Source: Octopus sinensis
Lineage: Eukaryota
Assembly: GCF_006345805.1 (NCBI RefSeq)
Contig: NC_042997.1
Location: 27,652,001-27,716,000, forward strand
Direction of reading: 5' to 3'
DNA: 64,000 bases
How positions within the stretch are numbered: the first letter of the stretch is position 1; every line of letters starts with the position of its first letter. The position numbers and the translations under genes were made by a program. Under the pieces are notes generated by a model, which worked only from the letters and a program-made list of their open reading frames with translations, had not been told where the DNA came from and did not search any database. Shown here in pieces: positions 49,566 to 63,399 of this stretch.

Positions 49566-49957
49566 TCTTTATATATAAAAGAAAGGTTGTGTGTCTGTCT
49601 ACTCCGATTTAGATTCCTAACTACTCCCACATTTTGCGATGCAGTTTAACCAAAACCGGGTATCTTATAGTCGTGATTCATATCGAGCCCTTCTGGGTAT
49701 TAGCGCGCGTCTACGATGAGTCTACGATTTTAAAAATAATTTACCATCATTTTTTTCCATTTTAATGCATATTTTTTTTAATAAAGGGAAGTAACTCTCT
49801 AAAAATGTCTACGATGAGTCAACGATTAAAAAAAAATTACCTTAATTTTTTTTTCCATTTTTAATGCATTTTTTGCTATTTTTTGGCTATTACTCTCTAA
49901 AATTGCTTTATAGTTATTTCCCTTACAAACCCGAGCAACGCCGGGCGATATTGCTAG
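49566..49957 (+). mobile_element. Non-autonomous Helitron
   Basis: A|TCTTTATATATA...CCCGAGCAACGCCGGG..CTAG|T, no TSD. Confidence 0.9.
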
Positions 49958-50739
49958 TGAATAATAAGTGGGACGCGATGTTATTCGACTTGTAAACACT
50001 AAGTAAATGGCTGCGAACTTATTTAATTCATAAGGCAACAATGGTCAAAATGAATTCAATGAGAGAAACAAAACAAAATCAGAGGAAAAAGAAAATTTGG
50101 TCAATGTTTAATATCATTTTAAGTTTTCCTGAAATTTTACTTGGAGCATTAATAAAGTCATATCTCAGTTTCTATAGTTCAGTGTAACAAATACCACTGA
50201 CTATTCAATTCTGTTCAATCAATAATTGCTTAAGAATGTAACAAACAGTTAGAATGAAAAAAAAACCCCCAGAAAATAAGAAAAAGACAGCTTCAAGTAT
50301 AGAAACTAAGGGGAGAAAAATCAATGCATAGTGTAGTAGTTACCTCCCTTAAGCAAATTATCGCCCTTCGTGGATTTAATGCGCTAACCTAGAAACTGCC
50401 TTCAAACTATTAAAAAAAATTGCTCACAAACTACTAAAGTAGTTTTATAAAATTGTTCATTGAGTCATGTACATAAATAGCTTTGAATAGATATGCAATC
50501 TAAGCAGACTAGGTGTATAGAAGTTATAGATTTAATTGAAAAATAATCATTTTGATTAGACAACTTGTAATATGAAGAGAATTAAAATCGATTCATTTAT
50601 GTTGCTGGAATATATTTTATCAACACCGGTTACCTGAAGAGTAAAGCCTTTCCCTTTACAATTACTTTGTACGGAAACTTCCTTAGTTTTATTGTGGAAT
50701 ATTCTCCTTATAGATTTTATATAGCTCGACTTTAGAATG

Positions 50740-51490
50740 GCCGGTGTGTTAGAAACTACATGACATTGGAAATATTTTGGAGATTAGACATGTGGCTCAT
50801 GAGTGTTTTTTTAAAGGGTTGTAGTCAGACGGATGCAACTAGTACAGCCCTCCCTGATCTTGAAAGGCATTCCATAGGGAAATGTCTTAGGGATATTCTA
50901 TCGAACACAACTCAGACATACTTTCTCACAATCTATGCCAATGATATAAAAGTATTACAGGTAATGAAGTATTCTGATCATGCCAAACAACCGCGGCATT
51001 AACTTAATCCAGTCTACAAGAAGGCCGAAGTAAATAATATGCAATTTAAAGCCTGAAAATTACGAGCTATTCGCTATAAATCTACAAACACATTACTGAG
51101 ATAGCAACGATGTGATAAAGGTTGCTGGTTCGAGCTTGATATCAGGACGTGAGAGTAGGAAACTGTGCTCGTTTTGTGAAGAACAATCCTTGTCAGACGT
51201 GTGATCTATTCCACACCAGTAGAAATTATGCTACCAGAAGATCGTTACAGTGCTATAACTAGGGTACTGGAAGAGGCTGAAAGCGATAAAATTCACCTCC
51301 TCGGGCAGAGGACTAGAAAGATATGTAGTGATCCATACATTAAAGAACTTTGAAGAACTACCACTAGAATAGGAACTACGAGCTATACAAGTATAGTGCC
51401 AAATATAGCAGGACTACATACTGTAATAACTTAAGGATCAACAGCCCACAGATTATCAATATCTCACCAAAGAAATTGAAAACGCTACGG
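50740..51490 (+). mobile_element. Highly decayed CR1-group RT
   Basis: GIP*GNVLG, FLTIYANDIKV, YW.RLKAIK..LERY remnants. Confidence 0.65.
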
Positions 51491-51657
51491 GGAGTGGATG
51501 TAAATGTATTCAAATGTATCTGGATGCTCCGCTATCTGCGATTCCTGACAAACTGCAGTAAGAAATGCAGCAGATATCATTGGCATTAAACTTCTTCATT
51601 CGACCAAAATTCTCTTTGTCTCGATCTTTTAAATCTGTCCATATACTTTATATCATA

Positions 51658-53128
51658 GTAGCAGGCATACTCAGCGTTGCCCGTGTGCGTTAGTTCGAAA
51701 AGGCTAAGAAAGTAATAAAGCGATTAACACCCCCTCCGTTAAGCACCTTTCACGCTCTATGACAAGACTAACATCTAAGTACCTCTTTAAGGGAACCGCA
51801 CGCGTAATATTACGACAACAATCAAGTGAAAAAGTAAAGCAACAAAAATTATAACAGCAATAACGCAGGACTGAAATATGGCGCCAGTACGGTAGGTCTA
51901 CAAATCTTCCTTATAAACAACATTTTTAGTTTTCCCCTGGGAGATGAAGGCATGTAAACTGTTCCTAAAACCCACTCTTGAGCAGCAAACGTACAGTTGA
52001 CCGCATGAAAAGCACGGTTCGGCTAAGTAAAGTCCAACGACAGACAGAAACTGCCCCTGAGACTTATCAATAGACATGGCGTAACTGAGTCTAATTGGAA
52101 AATGCACTCTGCGGAATGTGAATGGTAAGTAAGCAGCTGAAGGCACAAGGGCAATTCGCAGTATGAAGACGTCTTGACCTTTACCACAGACAGTCATAAT
52201 CGTTGCTTCAATGACATTGGGAAGTAATTTTGTTATAACAAGACGTGTACCGTTGCCCAACGTCGGTGGATTTAAATTCCTTATCAGCATAACAGGGCTA
52301 CCTGCTTTAAGACTAAGAATATGTGGAGGTAACACCTGAAGGCTCCAAGGAATTCAAAAATTCAGTGGGATAATCAACTACATCCTGATTGGGAATGGTG
52401 TCTACTGACTTATAGACTGTCATGTCACCAGGCAAACGCTGTAAGAGGCTGTTGTTGATTGAACTGATCGCAACGTTTTTAGGAGCCAAAGTGGCTCTTT
52501 GGCAATGCCAATCTAGATCTCCGTTGTGGACTTAGGACTGGGAAGACCTGATCCTGAAAACTCTGGATAGTACTGACTATTGTGAAAATGTTACTTATGT
52601 TAACATCTTCATTTTCGTCTTCTGGAACTTCACCATTGCCAAGATGAATGTCCCTCGCAAAATCTTCGGACAAGAGGTCCTCATGGAGGCGCGCTCTCAT
52701 ACTGGATTCTAACCTTAAAGTAACAACATGACCCCATAGAAGTGAAAACTTAAGACACGCCGTTACTTCATCCGCCCTTTTGCCTTTCGGAATCACTGGC
52801 AATGTTTGCCTAAAGTCCCCAGATAGCAAGACAGTGACACACCCCATCGGTTCGTGGTTTTCCTTTATGTCTCGCAAAGTTCCATCCGATGCCTTGTGAG
52901 CCATTGTGCATTCATCCCAAACAATCAGGCGGCATTGTGAGAACAATTACCCGTTGTCCGACGTCTTTGAAATGTTGCAAACAGGCGTTGGTGAACTTGC
53001 GAGATTAAGGAGAAGCTTAAACGTAGAGTGTGCAGTCCTACCACTAGGGAGCAGAGTAGCAGGTATGCCCGAAGTTGCCACAGCTATTGCGATGCACTTT
53101 TGTAGCCTTACTTTTGCAAGAATGAGTT
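51658..53128 (-). mobile_element. Helitron 3' part with PIF1-like helicase pseudogene
   Basis: AVATSGIPATLLPSGRTAHSTFKL, LIVWDECTMAH, VLLSGDFRQTLPVIP, LIRNLNPP.LGNGTRL, FPIRLSYAMSIDKSQGQ, GQLYVCCSRV; 3' hairpin plus CTAC|T at 51658. Confidence 0.93.
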
Positions 53129-53189
53129 TGTCTGTATGTATGTATGTATGTATGTATGTATGTATGTATGTATGTATGTATGTATGTAC

Positions 53190-53265
<76 letters not shown>

Positions 53266-53915
53266 GTCTTTGCTTTGAATTTTATTTAATTTCTTTTTGA
53301 GAGAGCTCAAGACTTTTTGAGTTAAGAGAAATCTTGATGTTTGTAAATATGTCGTTGCGCTTGGTTTGTTAGTAGTACTGTCGATGCATAGTTCCAAATG
53401 TGCGAATCTATTCACATAAGAATCTCAGAGGGAAAATTGTTTGAATATTTTAGAAATATTCATTGCGTCACTAATAAATTTGATTTGGAAAATGTGCGTC
53501 AGTTTCTTTTGCTCTTTCTCTGTGAAACCGAATACTTCTAGATTTTTGTGAAAATTTGCTGATACATAACCTAATCCACCTATTATGATAGAAACGAATG
53601 AGATTTGATAGTCGGGACACAAGAGCTGCAAGTTCCGCATTAATTCGCCAGAAATGTTCTCTTTTTCCTGGTCTTTTGATTATACATTCACGTCCGCTGG
53701 GCAACTGACTTCTACAACAGTGTATGTCTTTTGTTCCCTGTCCCACAGAACAACATCAGGTCTGTTAAGTTTGCACCGAACTGATATTTTCATTGGTGGG
53801 TGGGGGGGTGTTCCACAAGTAATCATTGCTTTTAAAGGTGTGAATACCTGCTAGTTCTGATATGCCTTTGATGTATACATGAAGGCAATCTTTCTTGCGG
53901 ATAGCATTGTAAATA

Positions 53916-55162
53916 CGAGGTGGTATCAAAACGCTCCCGGACTAGTTCTGCAGCGCGCCAACAGATGGCAGCACACGGTTGCATTCACAGTGAGAGCTAG
54001 CAGTGACCGTCATGAGGTAGGGTGCCGAGTGACATCTCTGTGTTTACTTCGCAAGTTGTAAAATTTGTGTTTTTGTGGTCACGTGTTGGCTGTAGTCTGC
54101 GCTTTTGTTATGACCAGCAACAAAGAACCAACGTGAAATTTTTCATCAAACTTAGGAAGTCTGCTGCAAAGACAATGAGCATGCTTCGACAAGCTTACGG
54201 CGATGAGGCAATGTGTCGTACACAATATTTCAAGTGTACAGGCGCTTCAAATTCAGAAGAACACCTGCCACGAGCGTCACACCCGGGAGTGTGGAAAAAA
54301 TTCAGCAGCTTGTGTATAAGGATCGTTGGAGGACAATCAACGACATTGCTGATGTTGTTTGTCGTATGAGTCCGCGCAAGCAATCCTAACGTCTGAATTG
54401 AATATACGGGCTGTCTGCCAATTTTGTGCCCCGCTTGCTGACCACTGAATGGTAAGAGTATCACGTCGAAGTCTGTCAAGATCTCTGTCAGCATGCTACT
54501 GATGACCCATCTTCTATGTGGAGGATCATTATCGGTGATGAGAGTTGGGTCTATCTTGAAACGAAACAGCAGTCGTCACAACAGAAATGAACTTCATCTC
54601 CACGGCAGAAGAAGACACGACAGAGCCGCAGTTCAGTCAAGAGTATGCTCATCGTCTTTTTCAACATCTGCGGTATGTGCATCGAGAATTCATCCCCTAA
54701 GATCAACCCGTCAATCGAGAGTTCGATTCCGACGTTTTGAAGGGTTTAAAAATAATTACGGCCAGATCTGCGGAGTGCGAAGAACTGGATTCTTCACGAC
54801 GACAATGCACTCTGTCTCCGAGCTCTCCTCACTGGTGAGTTTCTCGCCAAAGACAATAAGGTATCGCTTCCGCACCCGCCTTATTCACCAGATTTAGTAC
54901 CTGCGGACTTCCATCTCTTCCCCAAGATTAAAATGCAGTTCAAAGGTCACCGTTGTCACGATCCAGGGCGAATCGCAGAAGGTCCTCGACTTCTTTACGG
55001 AAAACGTCTTGCAGACCGGATTTGAAAAGTAATAGGAACGCTGGGACCGGTGTATTGCTGCGCAAGGTTACTATTTCGAAAGAGATGTTGTTAAAACTTA
55101 GGTAAATAAGTTATTTTTTTAATTAAAAATAACTAGTTCGGGAACGTTTCGATACCATCTCG
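53916..55162 (+). mobile_element. Full-length decayed mariner (1247 bp)
   Basis: 32-bp TIRs CGAGGTGGTATCAAAACGCTCCCGGACTAGTT (4 mismatches), TA TSD, QRTNVKFFIKL, IIGDESWVY, HDDNA, PHPPYSPDLVPADFHLFPK. Confidence 0.95.
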
Positions 55163-55439
55163 TAATCTTTGTAACTACATCATGCCTCAGGGGCAGGTAC
55201 ATTTTGGTGTAGCTGCTGATGGTGTGGGTGATATCTTCCAGACTGATATAGCTGAGCCGACATTTTGTTATCACAACGTGGAGGTTTGGCGGTTTACCAA
55301 GTATTTAGTAGCCACTGTTGTTTCTGGATAGTGAAGGCATATCGTTCTAGGTGGGATGTAATGTATCTATCGTAGGCTTAGGAGAGGCTACGTTTCTCGT
55401 CAACGCTGCTGTTGCCCCCTAGCATACGAGATAATATGT

Positions 55440-55738
55440 TTGTTCCTTCTCGAGCCATGCCTGGCTCATAAGGTCCAGTATCCCGGGTTCCTTGGCGTAT
55501 AGGTTCCCCACCTGGACGGGACGCCGGTCCGTCGCAGGTGAGCTGCAAGATGCAGGAGGAAAGAGTAATAGAAAGTTGTGGCGAAAGAGTCAGCAGAAGT
55601 TCGCCATTACCTTCTGCCGGAGCCGCGTGGAGCTTAGGTGTTTCGCTCATAAACACACATCGCCCGATCTGAGATTCGAACCCACGATCCCTTGACCACG
55701 AGTCCGTTGCTCTAAACACTAGGCCATGTGCCTCCACT
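55440..55738 (-). mobile_element. tRNA-derived SINE family C variant with 11-bp TSD
   Basis: A-box TGGCCTAGTG, B-box GGTTCGAATC; TSD AGATAATATGT at 55429-55439 and 55739-55749. Confidence 0.9.
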
Positions 55739-55886
55739 AGATAATATGTACCCATGCATTGCTTTTTGCTGGTATGATACTGGCTTCTCCTCCAAACTTC
55801 TGTTTGAATAAGTCAGTTCAACCTTCTTTGAGTCGCAAGAGACATTTGTATTCTCAAAGTACTTGCACAGTATCTCTTTTACAACA

Positions 55887-56157
55887 CTCTTTTACTTGTT
55901 TCAGTCATTTGATTGTGGTCATGCTGGAGCATCGCCTTTAGTCGAGCAAATCGACTCCAGTACTTTTCTTTGTAAGCCTAGTACTTCTTCTGTCGGTCTG
56001 TTTTACCGAACCGCTAAGTTACGGGGACGTAAACACAAAAGCATCATTTGTCAAGCGATGTCGGGGGGGGGGGGCAGACACAGAAACACAAACACATACA
56101 CACACACAAACACACACACACGCACGCACACAGCACGCACACGCACACACACGCACG

Positions 56158-56188
<31 letters not shown>

Positions 56189-56373
56189 ACATATATATAC
56201 ATATATACGGCGGGCTTCTTTTAGTTTCCGTCTACCAAATCCACTCACAAGGCATTGGTCAGCCCGAGGCTATAGCAGAAGACACTTGCCCAAGGTGCCA
56301 CGCAGTGGAACTGAACCCGGAACCATGTGGTTCGTAAGCAACCTACTTACCACACAGCCACCCCTACGCCTAT
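55887..56373 (-). mobile_element. SINE family A
   Basis: Head to tail recognisable; further partial copies ~9595-9855, 25205-25312, 29040-29250, 29706-29900, 34455-34672, 60250-60357, 62371-62478. Confidence 0.9.
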
Positions 56374-58394
56374 AATTCTGAAGAATTATGCATGCAATGT
56401 ACTCAGTTCTTTCTATACTGTTCAGTAGGTGTTGTCTGAGTGATACAATCCCACATTCAAAGGGTATTTGGACTGACCTTATGCCTCTACCGCCATCACT
56501 TCGTCTCACATAAATCCTATCGGTGTCTCTGTTAATGTGGAAGTTGCCGGTGGTGTCAGTACCTTTCTAGTTTTGATGTCCAGAGCGCGTATCTCATTGA
56601 ATGTTTAGTTCCAATTGTTGGTATTAGCATAATACTGCAAAAGCATTGTGGGATATGATTTGTTAAAGGCAGACAGTTCTGCCTTCCATAATTTCCGGTG
56701 TCGATAGAAATACTCTTTCGTTATTCTAGCTTTAGTCACAGCACCATCGTATGCAGCATTGTCATCGATTCTGACATACTTGTGGCTTTCATCATTACAG
56801 TGAGGGGAGATAGACAAGCCATTGATGTACATGTTTCCTGCCTTATCGACAATCTTTCCTTGTTGACTACATTATATGAACATTTATCTTGCCTAAACTC
56901 CATTCCTATTACTCGTGAGAGTGTTGTGACAAGTTCTAATTGTCTTTTGATATTGATCATATCACCAGAATATAATTTTAGATTATCAACAAAAAAAAAT
57001 GTGTGGATGACATTGATTTTATTCTTTTCTGCATATCCCAACATCTAGCCTTAGCATTTTGTTAACAGGGCTGACAAGAGGTTCACTACTAGTACAAACA
57101 CAATTACAGATAAACTATCACCTTGGAATATATTTGTCCATAGCTTAATTATGTTCGTAACAAAAGGTATTGCTTTAGTTGTTGCTGTTATAACTGTACG
57201 GACCATGCTGTAGTCAGTCTTTCAATGGCATTCACTATAGCAACTAGTACTTTGACAAGGTGTAATGATTCTATCATCCATAAGTGAGGCACAGTGTTGA
57301 ACGCCTTCTTATAGTCTAGCCATATTGTTAAGTGATTACGGCGATGTTATTTGGCTTTCTTAAAGACAGCTTTGTTGAGCAGAAACTGTTCAGTACAACA
57401 CCAGACACCTTTCTTTCCCACTGCCTGTTCATCAGTTATTACACCGTTTTTTTTGGCAGTAGTCTTGGAGAAACATATTCAAACAACCTGTGTAAAATGC
57501 GATCAAGGGAAACAATATTCTTAAGATTATAATCCTGGAAAAATACAGAACAAGTTATTACATTTTGAAAAGTTCGGGACAACTTATTACATCTCGTTAA
57601 GTACAGAACAAGAAAAATTTTACTTAAATTATATTATTTCTCTTGCTCGTATTTTTCCATGTAATCCATGTTTCTTCCAGGCTATGCTATTATGCTAATT
57701 AATGTGTCAAATGTGTCAATTAGCGTTGTCGTTGATAATTTTTTCCTTACCCAAATGACGTCGGTGACATGTATTAAACGTTCCCTTATAGAACTATGTT
57801 CATAAAAAAGTATATTATCACCCTCAAATTTCTGAAACAAACTCTCATAACTTATTTCTTTGAAAGCTTCATTGCATAAGATTGATAACATGAAGTTCCT
57901 CGAATTTAGCTCTATCATTTAAGCTTAATTAAAATATAGTTTGTTTTTAAAATAACAAAGTTAATTATACTTAAATCCAAATTTTTGTCTTCCTTATATT
58001 TTTTTCATGAAATTTTACTTCACAACTTTTTTGATATAAACTTTTATTGCATGGGAACAAAACTATGAAATTCTTCATGCTTTCTTCTATCATTGAAGTT
58101 AAGATAAATATATTTTGCTTTTAAAATATAAAAAAAGTTATTTAGATCTAAACTTGAGTGGTGACGTTACTTACTCTCCTATAACGATGCTCCAAATTTT
58201 GATGTAAACCTTTTTCTACTGGTTCATATCTCAATTTTTTTATGCCAAAATATAGCTAGGGACCAGCCCTGTTCAAAACTGCTAATAGTTTTCAATTTGG
58301 TTAAGAACTGAATTAGTGACAAGCTCTGAAAGATATTGCGTGTGAGTAAATTGTGGCCTTAAGAATCTTTATTATTCAGCTATTACCATAAGTG

Positions 58395-59215
58395 AATGGT
58401 ATATTTAAATGACAGACTTCTGGAAAGTTTTACAGATTTTGTTTAGTTCTAGAACATTTTTACCTGATTCGGAAGTTTTTTTTTTTTTGGCATGCTGAAG
58501 CCAAAACTGGAATTCCTTTATACTATCACCTGTGATATTTTATCTAAAACTTCGCGTACTTGGTTACCAGGAAGTATCAACCAAGCCAGAGGTATCCACA
58601 AAGAATCCGGATTACTTCAGCATTAGCTCATCAGACTCATAGCTGTTTGATTAAAATGAATTCAGTCACGTGGTAAGGGACTTACACTTATCAAAGGAAT
58701 CCGCAGAAGTTCTTACATCTCGATTAAAATCGGAAGAAAAAACATACTTAAAGATGGAATTTAAGTCACCTTCTGTCACACTGGCAATACTGAATTTCTT
58801 CCGTTCTTCACAGAAAATGATGAGTTATCGTATTGCACAAATATTGAGAGGCTGCTTCGGAGGATGGGATTAGCGGAATATGATGCAAGTGATTGGCACC
58901 TATTTATTGACAGTTCGAAAAGAAGTTTGAAATGTGTTCTGCTTCACAGTGGAAAAATATTGACCGAAGTTGTGAAAGAAGTGGTAGAGAAAATTAAGCA
59001 CCACAATTATCAATGACTGGTGCGTGGAATTCCAGGTAGTTAATTTTCTCCCGGAGCAGACCAAAATCTTGGCCGATGAATAAAAAAAAACAAAAAACAA
59101 ACAAACAAACGGTGTCTTTTTCGGATTCTGTGCGTCAAAAAACCCAAATTTTTCACCAGAGAAAAACAACTTTTTTAGGTCAGTTTAATCAACATGGAGA
59201 TCTAAACATAACGAC
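58395..59215 (+). mobile_element. Chapaev3-like (CMC) transposon, internally deleted
   Basis: VVRDLHLSKESAEVLTSRLK..FLPFF..YCTNI..WHLFIDSSKRSLKCVLLH..FQVVNFL; family name recalled from this motif set, unverified. Confidence 0.65.
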
Positions 59216-59371
59216 AGTAACATTCGTACATCTATTGGTACTCACAATTCCTACTTTATTTATATATATACATATATATGTCTGTATGCGGGAGTCTGTA
59301 TGCGGGAATCTGTATATCTATATGCATATTTATAGATCTAAATGTCTAAATATATATGTATTATGTTACGT

Positions 59372-59745
<374 letters not shown>

Positions 59746-60357
59746 AATTGCTGTGAAGAGTCGTGTCTAGGTAGAATTTTACAACATGCCTTGCGTGTCA
59801 ATTAATCTTCAGGCTCTGAGCACATAGTTTGTCGTATTTCAAAATTAGGACGCTGATACATGAGAAGACGGTTGATGCAAAAAGTGGAAAGGTGAATATG
59901 TGGAAAAGGAAAAGTGAAGAAAGAAAATTAGAGTTGCGTCCCCTTTTACTGTTGAAGCCATAATAAAAGTAGTTGTAGAATAATTCAACGGAGAGAAGTT
60001 CAAAATCTACGAGATCGTTGCTCAATCCGGAAAGAGTGGTGTCTCTAGTTCGCCAAAAGAAATTTGCTCACATATTTGCACATGGGGAAATTTAGATTTC
60101 AAAAGAATGTGCGATCTTAGAATGTGTAATTTTAAATTTAAAAAGAATGTGAGATCTTTCAGCTATACATAAGTTGCATTTCTTAGAACCATTTACATAT
60201 GTCATGGATTCGTCTACGATTCTCCACATGATTGTACATGAGGTGCAGTTGGTCTTCAAACCTCATACTATAAAAGAAGACACCTACCCAAGGTATCACG
60301 CAGTGGAACTGAAACGCGGAACCATGTGGTTTGGAAGCAAGTTTTTTTTTACCACAC

Positions 60358-60440
60358 AGTAAAGTAAGAGGGTAAAAAGTTCATAGGTGAACAGGCGTGC
60401 TTACGCGAATACTATGAACCTTTTACCCCCTTACTTTACT
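60358..60440. repeat. 29-bp inverted repeat with 25-nt spacer
   Basis: AGTAAAGTAAGAGGGTAAAAAGTTCATAG / CTATGAACCTTTTACCCCCTTACTTTACT, 2 mismatches. Confidence 0.9.
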
Positions 60441-61200
60441 CCCTCTCCTTACTCAGCGGTCATTCGAATAGCTCTTTTGTCTTAATAACGGTCAACCACA
60501 CAGTAATTTCCCTTTGTATAACGGTCATTTTTCATAGGATTTTTCCGATGGCCGGTAAATGAAGAGATGGCGGCGTAGATTTCCACCTCGGCATCCGAAA
60601 CTCGGAGTTTTATCATGGCTACCGAATAATTTTCACATATTACATTTACATAAGAAGTCATGCGACAAAATTTTAACTTAGCACATTACAATTTTAGCGT
60701 GTATATACATACATATATATATTGTAATGTGGTAAGTTAAAATTTTGTCGCATGACTTCTTATTTTTATTTCTGTCTGATTGTAGTTAAATGGTAATGAG
60801 TTGGTGTATTCTTCAGAACGTCCGACAGAATGCCTTGCAATATTAGTTCCAGCTCTCTAAGTCCAAACCCTGCCAATGTGAATTTTGCCTTTCTTCTTTC
60901 CAGGTAATATCGTTAAAAGGGCTCTCAGAAACAAAGGGCAACCCGTTCTATCTCTACGGATTTTTCCATTGGCCTTTTTGCGCTGTGAGAAAGGTCGTGG
61001 CGAGATCCATACAGTATTATTTTCTTCAGACTTTGTGAAGCGCCAAGTGAGGTGCTAGCAGCTTTCTCTGAAACATTTCAGGAATATTTCAAGGACGAGC
61101 TGATGTACTATAGAGCACGGAACATAAATATATAAAGAAAGTGTTAGTAGAGTTTACAAATTATCGACACCTCTGTAAGCAATTTTGTGTGAATAAATTT
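60441..61200 (-). mobile_element. Two abutting ends of the unclassified CACG-TIR transposon
   Basis: TIR 60650-60701 (CGTG|TA) and partial TIR 60721-60764 back to back; 60721-61200 homologous to 6816-7290. Confidence 0.65.
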
Positions 61201-61471
61201 TGTGTGGATAAATTTTGCATGATTGCCGCAAAGTTTCTCAATTCGAAAGAAACCCCGGACCTCTATTCATATGGACACATACATTCATATAGGCCTACCT
61301 ACCTACCTACCTACCTACCTACCAACCTGTCTGTCTGTCTGTCTGTCTATCTAGAATCTGTATGTATTTATGTGAATGTATATCTGTGTGTAATGCACAC
61401 ACGCGCACACACACACACATACACGCACGCACGCACACACACACACACACACATACACACACAAATCACAC

Positions 61472-61746
61472 ACTGCGGCTATGCTGGAGCACCGCCTTTA
61501 GTCGAGCAAATCGACCCCAGGACTTATTCTTTGAAAGCCTATTACTTATTCTAGCGATGTGTTTTGTCGAACCGCTAAGTTACGGGGACGCAAACGCAAC
61601 ACCATCGGTTGTCAAGCGATGTTGGGGCGGACAAACACAGACACACAAAAATATACACACACACACATACATACATACATTCATACATACATATATACAT
61701 ATATATGTGTGTGTGTGTGTGTGTACATATATATATATGCATGTGT

Positions 61747-61790
<44 letters not shown>

Positions 61791-61967
61791 TTATACACAC
61801 ATACATATATGCGACGGGCTTCCTTCAGTTTCCGTCTACCAAATCCACTCACAAGGCCTTGGTCGGCCGGAGGTTATAGTAGAAGACACTTGCCCAAGGT
61901 GCAACGCAGTGGGAATGAACCGGGAACCATGTGGTTGGTAAGCAAGCTACTTACGACACAGCCACTC
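61472..61967 (-). mobile_element. SINE family A within the duplicated block
   Basis: Same position and tail replacement as 7589-8069. Confidence 0.9.
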
Positions 61968-62469
61968 ATGAACTTTTCAGATATCTACGACTGTCATCAC
62001 CATCATCATTACCATCCTCACTGATTTTAATTTTTTGTTCAGGGGAAACAATTCTTGATCTAGAGACCTACTATTATTCTCCCTTACACTCACTTATACG
62101 CACGCGCGCACAGACCCAAACACATACAGATGTGTACCCCTGCGGAAACACGTGCATACGTGCATGCACAGTTATCTGGTAACACTTATATATGTATATG
62201 TTCTAACCTACAGGCATATATATACATACATACATGCATACATGCATACATGCATACATGTATACATGCACATATGCTCATATACATACCAACCTACTTA
62301 CCTACGAGCATGCATGCATACATACATACATACATACATACATACATACATACATACATACATACATACATAGGAGCAGGAGTGGTTGTGTGGTAAGTAG
62401 CTGGTTTACCAGCCACATGGTTCCGGGTTCAGTCCCACTGCGTGGCACCTTGGGCAAGTGTCTTCTACT

Positions 62470-62770
62470 ATAGCCTCGGACACTACTTCTGATGTTGGTG
62501 ATATTTTCGTTGTTAATTCCGCAAAGTCTGCATCAGTTATCGCATTTTGGTCTTCTTTCTGGGTCTGTCTCCTTTGTGCATCAGGCATTTGGTTGATATT
62601 TCCTATTCCTAGATTACAAACGCATACCTTTCAAAGTGAGAGTTAGTAATCCATGATAGATTGCTTAGAATTTACTATCATCCCGCAGCTTTCTGCTTAG
62701 ACATCAATGAATGGTCTTCTACTGATAAACGCTCATCCTTTCATCTGATGATATTTTACAGTAGTGTTGC
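62470..62770 (-). mobile_element. R4/Dong-like fragment
   Basis: ITNSHFERYAFVI*E*EISTKCL..CRLCGINNEDIT. Confidence 0.7.
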
Positions 62771-62984
62771 GACGTATTTGGGCATGCATGCATGTATGTA
62801 TGCATGAATGCCTGCATGCGTACATGTATATGTATGTATGTATTTTGCATGTATGCATGCATGCATGTATGTATGTATGCACGTATGTATGTTCACTTTC
62901 TCTTTTTAAATTTAGAGTTAATTTTGCGCAAACACCTACTTGGTAGCAAGTTTGTTCAATAATGTATCTGATTTTGTGCATCGT

Positions 62985-63372
62985 GCTTTAAATCTTAAGA
63001 AATTTTGGCAGGGACCACGGGCCATACGTCCCCTGCCCAATTCAAGATCACAACATACATGTACACTGCAACATAATTTCTTTTCCTCAACAGGCCCTGC
63101 CCTATTTAACATTGTCCCGAGGGAGATCAAAGAGGAAAAGGATCCCATCAACTTTAAACAGAGTCTGGATAGATTCCTTCAAAGAATACCAGATAAGCCA
63201 CCCATAATTGGATACAACTCACCCAACAAGAACTCACTACTTGAACAAAACTTGACTTAAACAAAACTTGACTTAAACAGGATTCGAATAATCCTATCAG
63301 GTGGTGCTATTAAGTTAGACATGGCCTGGACCAATCTTTGGTCGAAACATATCTAAGTTTATCTAAGTTTAA
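62985..63372 (+). mobile_element. CR1-group LINE 3' end
   Basis: GPRAIRPLP..HNFFSSTGPALFNIVP..IPDKPPIIGY..NSLLE; tail GACCA-ATCTT-TGGTC-GAAAC and (ATCTAAGTTT)2; same family as 14201-15053. Confidence 0.9.
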
Positions 63373-63399
63373 GTCTCAGATCTCGTGCTTATATGTAGT

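Larger units (their letters stand above)
53270..57560 (-). mobile_element. R4/Dong-like RLE LINE, 5'-truncated, split by three insertions
   Basis: WLDYKKAF..VPH, IFQGDSLS, FVDNLKLY, DRIYVRRSDGGRGI, MHGY, RHDVV, NRPDVVLWD..VVEVSCPADVN..EKE..IIIGGLG. Confidence 0.9.

Noticed and set aside
50635-50670. CTGAAGA followed by a GTAAAG/CTTTAC hairpin (similar partial hits at 19683, 21404, 58630)
   Set aside because: GAAA or the G10.1-C11.1 pair is missing and no stem I can be formed
63329-63348. Hairpin + GAAAC in LINE/SINE tails as a hammerhead
   Set aside because: No upstream CUGANGA and no stem I/III; better explained as an RT-recognition stem-loop
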